From Eledone cirrhosa (lineage: Eukaryota): a stretch of 64,000 bases of DNA. The notes beneath the pieces are model-generated. The model had not been told where the DNA came from and ran no database searches. It worked only from the letters and a program-made list of their open reading frames with translations. The DNA lies in contig OZ024747.1 in the NCBI GenBank assembly GCA_964016885.1, forward strand, positions 60,140,001-60,204,000. Reading direction: 5' to 3'. Both the position numbers and the translations under genes were made by a program. This document shows positions 52,684-64,000 of the stretch, one piece after another (positions within the stretch are counted from its first letter, which is position 1; each line of letters opens with the position of its first letter).

Positions 52684-53756
52684 CAATATATAACAGTTTT
52701 ACAAATAAGCTTTGACGTACCCTATTAAAATGCAACCATTGTTTTTGGAAGTCATCCGGATAGTGAATTGTTTATATAACTTTAATAAGTCATAGTGTTA
52801 AGGACAATTAGAAAAAGACAGAGAGAAAGAAAAAGACGGAGAGAAAGAAAAAAACGTGGAGAAATATCGGAGAGAGAGAGAGATGCATGGAGAAAAAAAG
52901 AAAGAGATAAGTAAAGACAGTAGGAAAGGAAGAAAGAAGAAAAAAGGAAGAAATAAGAAAAACAGAGGAAAGCAACAGAGAGATATTAAGTCAACAGACA
53001 GATAGAAAAACTCAAGAGAGAGAAATGTTATATATAGAGAGAGAGGGAGATTATGAAAACTTAACGTCATGTCATGTTAAGTTGAGTTAACAATTCATAT
53101 GAAATGAAATGAATAATATAAATATTAATATTCATGAATGGGACATAGATATATAATATGAGAAATTAAACATTGTTTAATAATGACTATATGTTTAGTT
53201 TAAACCTTGAGATCAATATACAAAAATTTGGGTTTAATCTCCAAAATGTACACGTTGCTAGAGAAAGACACACAAATATTTATATATATATATATATATA
53301 TACACGCACGTCCTGAAAATAGAAATTATATTTACTCAAGTCAACAATATAGACATATAAAGCGGAGACGATTTCTCTTAATCACTGCTATACATTCGTT
53401 GTGTTATAAAAAGTTCACAGTATATATACACATAAATATATACGATTAACATTCATGACTTCGTATATATGATTACCATTCATGCATTTAACATTTCTGC
53501 AATCCAAACTGCGTGGTTATGCAACATAACTTTTACCCACACATATACATACACACACATATATACATATACACCTATATATGTATAAATATATATGTAT
53601 ATATAAATATATATGTATATATATATATATAAGAACCGTAGAGCAAATATTTATTAAAATAACAGAAGTTTCAGAAGATCCCGTTAAGGGTGAAAGCAGC
53701 GATTCTTTGCTTAAACTTTAATCTGTTATATATATATATATATAAATATATATATA

Positions 53757-54207
<451 letters not shown>

Positions 54208-54539
54208 TATACATACGCACGCATGCACATTCATACATGTGCCTAATATAATATGTCACAAATAAAACTAGATAGAAAATCATTTGTAAACAACTCATCA
54301 TTAACCACAAATATAGACTTACATAAACTTTATTACAATATATCAATATTATATGGACACATGACACAATGCTGGCATACAGAGTCATCATTTTGTTGTT
54401 AGCGTTGGTGTTGTCAGTGATAGAATTCTTCTTGATGTTGCTGTTATCTAATGCCTCCAGTTGGTTGTTTACAAATATGTTTAGAAATCAGTTTGTAAAT
54501 AACACTCCTCCCCTCCTCTACCCTCTCCTTCTTTTCTTC

Positions 54540-55070
54540 CTACTCTTCCTCCCCATTCCTGACAGGGTCATAGAGCAAAGTCCTTATACATGCCTTCCTG
54601 TGGGTCTTGTCAGAAGCAACTGTCTCTGGCTGATCCCGATGGATCCCAAGCGAGACCAGCCAAACTCATGAATGTTATCCAACCATCCTGCTCAGGGTCT
54701 TGCCAGTTGATTTTACATGTAAAAATCTGTCTGGCGATTCTTTCTTAACCCTTTAATGATCAAGCCAGCCAAAACCGGCCAGAATTCTCTACCTTTTTCT
54801 GTTGAAACTGGCTGTAACTGGTCACTCAAACTGATGTTAAGGTATTGTTCTCAAAATAAATACTTTCAAAATCACATAGATTCGATATTATGTGAGATAA
54901 TTATGTGAGGTAAAGCCTTTACCATGAAAATACAATAGTATATATAGAGTAATGTGAAAGCTAAAGGGTTAAGACATTCTAACCACATATACACAGTATT
55001 GGAGCTGTGATCTCTCAATTCAAAGAAGTTGCAGCTCTAATTGGAGTGACTCTCTAATCTCTGATCTAGG
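54540..55070 (-). mobile_element. Rex3/Expander-like RTE 3' end interrupted by a MITE
   Basis: Reverse complement of 11564-11875; contiguous once 54749-54972 is removed. Confidence 0.78.
54749..54968. mobile_element. piggyBac-type MITE
   Basis: TTAA|CCCTTTA ... TAAAGGG|TTAA; same family as 34104-34311 and ~16330-16512. Confidence 0.85.
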
Positions 55071-55759
55071 AATCCCATGAATTTTGGGTGAATAACAGTT
55101 GATGAAGGAAAATGGAAAGTATTCATCTGTTGACTGCAACAGAAATTTTGGTTTTTAAATTTATTTTCCTGTTTTTTTTTTTTGTTTTTAAATGAGGAGA
55201 CATTATTAAGAATTTAAGAATGAAATTGGTTCTAATCATCAACACAAAAAACCACAAATATACAATAGATTAGAGCTGCATGGAGTAGAGTGGCTCCAAT
55301 GACTGCTTCACACGTGTGTAATCCAGACACTTGGGTCAGTTACAGAAAAACACACCCTTCATTTGGTTTTGCATCGGTTTTTTTTTTTGCATTTGAAAAG
55401 AGGGTTTTAACCCCGAAATATTATGTTTAAATATACTGGGTAAGAAAAACATTAGTTTCTTTTGTTTTATTTGTCATTCTTTGGTCTTTATATATTTCTA
55501 CTGCATTGTACTGGCTTTCTGAAATACTTATTAGTCACCGGTGAATTGGCAGTATCAGTAGAACATCGGACAACATACTTTATGGTATTGAGTTATGGCC
55601 CTTTAGGATCTGAGTTCAAATCCCGCTGAGGTTAGCTTTGCCCTTCATCCTTACGGGGCCAATAAAATAAAGTACCAGTAATGCACTGGGGTCGATTTAA
55701 TCGACTTTCCCCTCCCCCAAAATTGTTGGCCTTGTGCCTAAATCAGAAGCCATTATATA

Positions 55760-55917
55760 CAAGGGACGGCTGAAAAATTCATAGGCTGACTATGAAGGAA
55801 TGATGCTAGAGCTGTGAAATCTTACATACATTAATTTCTACCCTCCTTATTATTAACTCATTTGGTCATTCCATGAGAGTATCTTAGTCAGCCTATGAAG
55901 TTTTCAGTGGAACCTCA
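55760..55917. mobile_element. Mariner-derived MITE
   Basis: TA-flanked; TIR core CTGAAAAATTCATAGGCTGACTA / TAGTCAGCCTATGAAGTTTTCAG. Confidence 0.7.
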
Positions 55918-56186
55918 TAGTTTAGTTGTCATTGTAGGTGTTTTGTTTTTCTGATCATCGATACAGATGGTATTTCAATGTCTGCATTCAAATGTTGACA
56001 TACATCAATATCATAGAATTATTTAAAAGTCTACCAAGCTACACCATTTAATTTAAACCTCATCAAGATGGCTAGAACAGTGATTCTCATCTTTGAGATT
56101 TAATCAGGAAACCATATTTGGACGACATTCAAATGTTTTCTATCTGGATCTACTAATAGGTCATCATACTCCACATATATATATAT

Positions 56187-56405
56187 ACAGTCATAAAGAA
56201 GTGCCAAGAAATCCCAGTAGAAGGAAGACGCAGTAGAGGAAGACCACGAAAAACATGGGCGGAGGTGGTGAGAGCAGACTTCAGATCGCTGAAGCTCATG
56301 GACGAGATGACGAAGGGCCGTGACAAGTGGAGAGATGCTGTGCTGAATAGGACCCGTCCCACCCTTGCAAGCAGGGAAAAGTGAATGTAAATTGATGATG
56401 ATGAT
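56187..56405 (+). mobile_element. RTE LINE 3' end (likely SINE B partner)
   Basis: VIKKCQEIPVEGRRSRGRPRKTWAEVVRADF...RDKWRDAVLNRTRPTLASREK* then (ATG)n. Confidence 0.88.
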
Positions 56406-56731
56406 ATATATATATAGACAGAGAGAGAGATGGAGAGAGTTTGTGGTGCTGAGACCAGCAAGACCGCTAGTCATGGGTGTACTCAATATATGAGGGGATG
56501 CAGACTGGCTTGGTGTCACCCTGGGATTTACATATCTCTATAAATATATATATATATATCTGAGCGAGACAGTCACTCGACACAACTTACCCTAAATGGG
56601 ACAAACCCATCTAACCTATGTTAGTGCGTAAGATGGACGTTAAATGATGATGATGATGATGATATATATATGTCTGTGTGTTTGTATGTATGTGCTTAGG
56701 TATGTATGTATATATATATATATATATATAT

Positions 56732-56880
56732 AGAAGGGTTGGCTGAAATGTAAATAGGCTGACCAAGATACTCTCATGGAATGTGACCAAATGAAGTTTA
56801 TTTTTCAACATAGTCTCCATGTGGTCCACACACACTTCCATCAGTATTGCATTTGCAGACCTTGGGTTCCATTGGTGAAG
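56732..56880 (-). mobile_element. Mariner transposase C-terminal remnant with TIR
   Basis: Minus strand GGAGACTATGTTGAAAAATAA (GDYVEK*), TIR related to 55760-55917. Confidence 0.65.
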
Positions 56881-56994
56881 AAGCTTTTATCCTGTTGGTA
56901 AAAAAAATAGAATCATCAACAGCAGATATGACATCATCATCATCATCACTGTGATACTGGTTCTCAGCCATGTTTGGGAACTGATGATAGTCAG

Positions 56995-57545
56995 ATGTAG
57001 TGTTATCTGTACCTCTACACTACTCATGTAGTACCATTCATACCACTGCATAGGATGTAGTGTTCTCTCACATGTAGTGGTGCCTGTACCTCTACATAAC
57101 ATGTAGTGTTCTCTCAGATATAGTGGTGTCTACCTCTACATAACATGTAGTGTTCTCTCACATGTAGCGGTGTTTTTTTACCTCTACACGTGTAGTGTTC
57201 GCTCACATTTAGTGGTGTATTTACCTCTACATAACATGTAGTGTTCTCTCACATGTAGTGGTGTCTCTACCTCTACATAACATGAAGTCTTCTCTCACAT
57301 TTAGTGGTGTATTAACCTCTACATAACATGTAGTGTTCTCTCACATGTAGTGGTGTCTCTACCTACCTCTACATAACATGAAGTGTTCTCTCACATTTAG
57401 TGGTGTATTAACCTTTACATAACATGTAGTGTTCTCTCACATGTAATGGTGTCTCTACCTCTACATAACATGCAGTGTTCTCTCGCATGTAGTAGTGTAT
57501 CTACTTTTATACATGTAGTGATGTCTCTACCTCTACACAATATCT
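56995..57545. repeat. ~46-bp minisatellite (ACATGTAGTGTTCTCTCACATGTAGTGGTGTCTCTACCTCTACATA)n
   Basis: About a dozen imperfect copies. Confidence 0.92.
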
Positions 57546-57974
57546 AGTTTACGCATGTAGTGTCTGCAGAAGCAAATATAGTCACAGCAGATATTAGACC
57601 ATCTACTGGAATATAACATGTATCTACTACATATTCTTGAGACAGAAATATCCACACACACACACATACATACACACCTCCCAACATGCACATACACACA
57701 CACACAAACTCACACCATGCACATACACACACATGTCTCACCATGCACATAACACACACACACACACGTCCCACCCACACACACACTCCACTGCCCCCCC
57801 CTCCCACCAGACCCCCCCCCCCTTCACACACCACACACCTCCAACCACCACACACTTCCCACCACACACCTCATTATTTCCACTTTGGGATGCTATGTTC
57901 TACTTACACACAAAAGCATTTTCTAAAATATCTATTCTTGGCAACATTCTATTCATGTCTAAGAAATCTTTTAG

Positions 57975-58187
57975 TATATATATATATATGTGTATGTGTA
58001 TATATACATATGTATATATATATGTGTGTATATGTATATATATATATGTATATATATATGCATATATGTGTGTATATATATATATGTGTATATATATATA
58101 TATGTATATATATGTAGATAAATCTACCAAGAGTTTACGGTAGTGTCCAATCCGTTATTCATTATTTTTTTAATATTTTATTTTATG

Positions 58188-58218
<31 letters not shown>

Positions 58219-58503
58219 GTGTGTGTATGTATATATATGTGTATGTATATGTGTGTGTGTGTGTATGTATATATATGTGTATATATATATGTATATATAT
58301 GTGTATATGTATATATCTGTGCGTATGTATATATTTGTATGGATATATATGTATATATGTTTGTATATATATGTATATATGTATGTATATATCTGTGTTT
58401 ATGTATGTATGTATATATTTGTATGGATATATATGTATATATGTATATATGTTTGTATATATATGTATGTATATATATATGTATATATGTATGTATATAT
58501 ATG

Positions 58504-58534
<31 letters not shown>

Positions 58535-58535
58535 G

Positions 58536-58571
<36 letters not shown>

Positions 58572-58767
58572 TGTATAAATATGTATATTCATCTCAATAT
58601 ATCCAAATATCTAAAAATGTACACATGCATCTATACATATATATACATACATACATCCACATACACACACTCACACAAACCCCATGCTAACATTGAAAAG
58701 CAAACATAAAATGGTGATTATTATATATATATATGTGTGTGTGTGTGTATATATATATATGTGTGTG

Positions 58768-58831
<64 letters not shown>

Positions 58832-58882
58832 AATATATATTATGTTTATATATATATATATATATGTGTATATACACATATC

Positions 58883-58934
<52 letters not shown>

Positions 58935-59210
58935 AGTGTATATGTATATATATATAGTTTATATGTATTTCATATATACATACATATATACATATATAGT
59001 TTATATGTATTTCATATATACATACATATATACATATATAGTTTATATGTATTTCATATATACATACATATATACATATATAGTTTATATGTATTTCATA
59101 TATACATACATACATACATATATACATATATAGTTTATATATATACATATATAAAAACATACATACATATTATGTTTTTATGTATGTATATATATATATA
59201 CATATCTGTG
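57975..59210. repeat. Compound TA/TG microsatellites including a 42-bp unit at ~58955-59140
   Basis: Direct reading. Confidence 0.9.
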
Positions 59211-59509
59211 TGTCTGCACTTTTTTTCAGTGTTCATGTGAATATACAATCAATCAATGAGCCAGTCAATATTTATGCAATTCAATACAAATGTGGTCAAT
59301 GCAATGAAGTGCTGAACTTTTCTTAATCACATTAATCAATCAATACATAATCAAATAAGCTTCCTTATTAACTCCAAGTGAACTCTCCAGCAAGTAAGAT
59401 AAGATTTCAGCTTTGAACTGTAGATCAATGTAACACTTATCAGGTGTACACAGTATCTGCCGACGTACACTAGTGTGTCACACCTTTCCAGGGTGCTTAG
59501 TTTTCCTTA

Positions 59510-59724
59510 TCATCATCATTATCATCATCTCCATTGCCATGATGATGATGATGATGATCATCATCATCATCATCACCTTTATCACCACTCTAATCATCAT
59601 CATCATCACCGCCATCACTGTCATCATCACCAACATCATCACCATTATCATCAACTTCACCTTCATCAATTTCATCATCATCACCATCATCATCATCAAC
59701 TACATCATCATCACCACCACCATC

Positions 59725-59758
<34 letters not shown>

Positions 59759-59793
59759 TCACCATCAACTTCACCTGCGTCAATTTCATCACC

Positions 59794-59824
<31 letters not shown>

Positions 59825-59840
59825 TCATTATCAATTTCAT
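59510..59840. repeat. (CAT)n/(CAC)n trinucleotide tract
   Basis: Direct reading. Confidence 0.93.
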
Positions 59841-61271
59841 GCCAGTTTTTCTCCATATTTGCATAGATTAGATAATTCTTCACCAGTCAGTGCAGCAACA
59901 TCTCCAATTATTTCCATCTTTTGTTATATGTGAGTTCCACTTTCACCCCCTCTATCCATGCCTGTCTTAGTCCTTCCCATTCTACAGCTCCTTTCTTCCA
60001 CTTGAAACTCCTGGCACTTCTTCACCCAACACTCATCATCCATATGAAATTTATAAGTCCTCTCCAGTACACCATCTCTGTTTTTTTTTTCATATCATTT
60101 GTGTGCTGTAGTTCCTTGAAATCATCTGTCACCACCTCTATCCAAGTCTTTCATTGTCACTCCCTTTATGCAGCTCCTTTCCACTTGGGACTCCTGGCAC
60201 TTCTTTGTCCACCAATCATTATCCATATGGATTACATGGCTTTACTTGCACAGTTTGGCCATTAATTTCTTTTATGTCTAAAGTTCTCTCTCAATTCATC
60301 TATATTTCTTTGTTAATGAACACTAACATTGTATATCAAATAAAGTCAGCTCAATTCATTTCTCTTTGGCCTTCTCACTTATCCCATAGTTCCCAACCAG
60401 GTAACATCACAATTTTTAAATAGGCATCTTGCAACTATCAGAACAGCCACCAATTAACAAACATCAGACATATAATATCAAGGAATATGAAAGGAAAACA
60501 AACTATATTATGTCCACTTGACTCTTTCTATAACATCATATATGTGTGTGTGTGTGTGGGGGTGTGTGTGTGGAGTGTGTGGAGTGTGTGGAGTGTGTGT
60601 GGTGTGTGTATGTGTCACAGTCTGAATATAAATCTTATGATGTATATGTATATAAATATATATATATATATATGTATGTATGTATGTGTGTTCTTCTCGT
60701 TTTATAATTTCACAAAGTTTTACCAATAGAGAGAGAGAGTCTGTTTCTAACATAGACACAAGACTCTCTCATTGGAATTTACACATCAACTAGGTAGATA
60801 TGTATGTATGTCTGCATGTGTAGATATGGATGTTATTGTATGTGTGGATGTGGATGTTTTGAGTTGTATGTGTGCATGTGTATATGCTTTGCATCTGTAC
60901 ATGTGTATATGCAGTTATTATATGCACATTTTTTTTTTATGTATGTATGTATATATGTATGTATGTATGTATATATATGTATGTCAGGTCAGCAGTTGGT
61001 GCTACTGGTAACATGTATCCCAGTACAACCTGTCTCATGGTCGGGTCGTTGGCGACTAAACTGGCAACCCCACCAAGGTTTCTTGGTGAGGAGGGTGACT
61101 TTGGACATCCTGCAGGACTAAAAACAAAACCTGTCAAAGGGCAAGGGAGCTCTTAAGAGTCAATAGCCATCCAAAATCACCGGGAGAGATGACCCCTTAG
61201 CCTTTGTCAAGGCAGAATTCTAGGAGAAGGAAAACTCTGATATAACACCTGCAATCCTGATGGTATCCAAT

Positions 61272-61590
61272 GATGTTGACCGTTCTTCTTTTTGGTAAAT
61301 ATCATCTTGGTTAAGAGAGTGGGACTGGCTTTGTGCAGTGCCTTTGCTCACTATAAAAGCTTCACAGCACAGGCATTGCTTTATATCTGGAGATCTCTCT
61401 GCACTTGTCATCACATGGTACCATGGGCCCAGCACTATGTGTCAATAATGGTCACAAGTGTAGTCTTTGTACCAGAGTTTTCAAGTCGCTGGCTGGACTA
61501 AAGTCACATTCGTTCAGCGCATCGGTAGGGGTTCTCCTACATGGATATAAAGTAGTGGCCGTACTCGAAAACGAGTTGGCAGCCACCATA
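61272..61590 (+). mobile_element. RTE (BovB-like) 3' end with C2H2 finger
   Basis: [20 protein letters not shown]; inverted sister at 40636-40947. Confidence 0.75.
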
Positions 61591-61914
61591 TGTATGTATA
61601 TATACATATGTATGTACGTATGAACCCATGCTAGCCTGGAAGATGGACGTTAAACGAAGATGATGATGATATATATATATATATATATATATATTCTGTA
61701 TAATGAACATTTTATTCCTGTTCATGTACATGTACATTATTCTAACTAATATATGTATAGGTATATACATACATATACACCTATGTGTATTTCAAATGCT
61801 GATCTGTGTTTTCTTTGAGAATACCACCATGGGATTCTGTATCTTTGAACCAAATTTTTCAATTTTCTTTTACATTCTTATTATTATTCTTCTTTGTATT
61901 ATTATTATTTTTAT

Positions 61915-62460
61915 TGCTCATCATTTCTGCTTTACCGACCACAGCTCTGTGCCCCTTGGGGATGAACAGTCTAGTTTTTAATGATCTTGTTTCTATTATA
62001 TTGATAGTACTTTTCATAGTATGTGGTGCAGTGCCTAGTAGTGCTATCTTTTGTATGTTGTATATATTTGTAAGTCCTGGGGTTTTGGTTATGTATTTGT
62101 CTGTGTGTGTGTTTTTTTATCATTCCCACAGCACTTATTATTATAGGTATTGCTTCTTTTTCATTTTCCACATTTGAGTTATTTATATCTCTATATCTTT
62201 ATATTTGGAGAGTTTTTCTATTTCTTTGGAAGATATATTGTCATCTGTGGGGATAGATACATCTGTTAGAAGCTATTTAAAATTTTTTTTTTTTTGTGCT
62301 CTTTGGCTATAATATCTGGTTGGTTGGCCTTCCTCTCTCTGTCTGTATGTATTGGAATATCACAGAGATTGGTTGCTTTGTCATTCTCTGACACTTTTTC
62401 TAGTGCATGTTTGTGCCATCTATTTTCTGTTGGTATTTCATAATGCTGGCATTTCTTCTT
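61915..62460 (-). mobile_element. R4/Dong-clade LINE 3' end (restriction-like endonuclease region), decayed
   Basis: Manual translation LLTDVSIPTDDNISSKEIEKLSKYKDIEIKITQMWKM..AIPIIISAVGMIKK; (TAA)n at both flanks. Confidence 0.8.
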
Positions 62461-62484
62461 GTTATTATTATTTGTAATGTAAAG

Positions 62485-62672
62485 GGAGGGGAATTGTCAG
62501 TATTGGTAGAGAGTTGGACGCCATGCTTTCTAGCATAGTTACGTCCCTTTACAGTCTGAGTTCAAATCCCGCCGAGGTTAACTTTGCCTTTCATCCTTAC
62601 GGGGTCGATAAAATAAAGTACCAGTAATGCACTGGGTAATTGCTGGCCTTGTGCCTAAAGTAGAAACAATTA
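62485..62672 (+). mobile_element. tRNA-SINE family A, near full length
   Basis: B box GAGTTCAAATCC, central domain, tail. Confidence 0.88.
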
Positions 62673-62879
62673 TTATTTGTAATGTTTTTTCATAAAATGA
62701 AAAGCTACATAGGGGTAATATGTCCATCAAATATATTTCTTTGATCTCAGCAACTCACATCCTTGGTTGTAATATTTATATATAGTGAAAGAGAAAGAGA
62801 CTTATATATGTGTGTATGTGTATGAGTATGTATATGTGTGTGTGTATGCATATATAAATACATATATATATATATATAT

Positions 62880-63190
62880 CATCATCGTTTAACGTCCATC
62901 TTCCACGCTTGCATGGGTTTGGACGGGAGTTTTCCCACTTGAGGCAAGATTTGTTGTCCTGCTCGCATAGGACTGTCTGGCGGGTTTTCTACGGCTGGAT
63001 GCCCTTCCTAACACCAACCACGTTTACAGTGTGGACTGGGAGGTTTTTACCGTGTTACCTACACGGCCACATTACAGCGTGGACTGGATGTTGTGGTACC
63101 AACATATCTTTACATTGAAAGGGGTGGTGCGGATGGGGTGGGGGTTGTGGGACGGGGGTGTATTTTTGTTAGAGGTGCCTACTGACTGTA
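62880..63190 (-). mobile_element. SINE family B-related 3' portion
   Basis: Close copy of 24610-24990. Confidence 0.8.
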
Positions 63191-63204
63191 GTAGGTTTCA
63201 CTAT

Positions 63205-63308
<104 letters not shown>

Positions 63309-63742
63309 ATTTGTATGCTTGTATGTATGTGTATGTATGTATGTATGTATGTATATATATATAAAGCAGTTTCTGTCTATACATTTTCAGCCATAAGTTT
63401 TAGGTCAACCTTAAGCTATGGTTAAATGACTTCCCTATGATTCCACACAGTGAAACCAGGCCATGAACCTTTGATTAACTCCCTATAGCCACATTGGATT
63501 GGGGGGGGGGGGCGCATTGACTGGGTCAAGAACACCAGAGAGCAGCCCCATTTATTATTGGGTATAGTGTGCCAGTAACCTTACTTTTCTTCAGTTAGAA
63601 TTTAGAAAATATAAAATATATCATGGAATATATAGTAAGAGGGCCACTATGTGTTGTCTGTCACACGAGGTTTTACTTGTCCTCTTACTATATACACCAT
63701 CTACAATATTTAGTCTCTAGGTGTACTGTTCAGATTATCCTT

Positions 63743-63826
63743 ACTCCTGTTGAAAAGACCTAGGATTATGTGACACAGCCAATAATTTTCGGCGAAACAA
63801 ACTCTATCTGTAGTTTGTCCAGGAGT
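63743..63826 (+). ncRNA. Type I hammerhead fold with mutated core
   Basis: Stem I ACTCCTG/CAGGAGT, core TTGAAAA (vs CTGANGA), stem II, GAAA, stem III ACAAACT/AGTTTGT, GTC site. Confidence 0.6.
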
Positions 63827-64000
63827 TTAATGGTTATTGGAATGGTTAGTACATTTTAATTCATTTTTTTCGGTTATTCTGTATTTTCCGTTTGTTCATA
63901 GATTCTATGCATTGCCCCAAAGTGGTTTCCGACTCTTGTAATTCAAAACACACTTCTTTATGTGTTTATTTCTATATATTATATTATAAAGAGCCCAGTT

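Noticed and set aside
59473-59933. Poly-His / poly-Asp ORFs
   Set aside because: (CAT/CAC)n microsatellite, open in multiple frames on both strands

Overview
AT-rich eukaryotic genomic DNA dominated by microsatellites and transposable elements. The SINE/LINE repertoire points to an octopod cephalopod, probably Octopus; this is an inference from family recognition, not a database search. Almost all ORFs in the supplied track are translations of simple repeats. Supportable content: (i) a ~1.3 kb open RTE-clade reverse-transcriptase fragment with an embedded PHD finger, inside a scrambled RTE/L1-Tx1 composite (35.8-39.1 kb); (ii) many tRNA-derived SINE copies of two families, plus decayed RTE, Rex3/Expander and R4/Dong LINE ends; (iii) non-autonomous Helitrons (one nested in another, with an empty sister copy), piggyBac-, hAT- and mariner-type MITEs and a 213-bp-arm foldback element; (iv) several minisatellites, one apparently grown from a SINE internal repeat; (v) one plausible host exon (26554-26665). 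The most interesting signal is a recurring class of short elements that end on (TA)n tracts and carry complete or partial hammerhead-ribozyme motifs. Several are folded into long palindromes whose axis appears to lie in ribozyme stem II, and several share a TATTGAGTAC tail motif. They are best explained as Penelope-like retroelement remnants. No rRNA, true tRNA gene or CRISPR array was seen. All coordinates were read by eye; boundaries of decayed elements are approximate.
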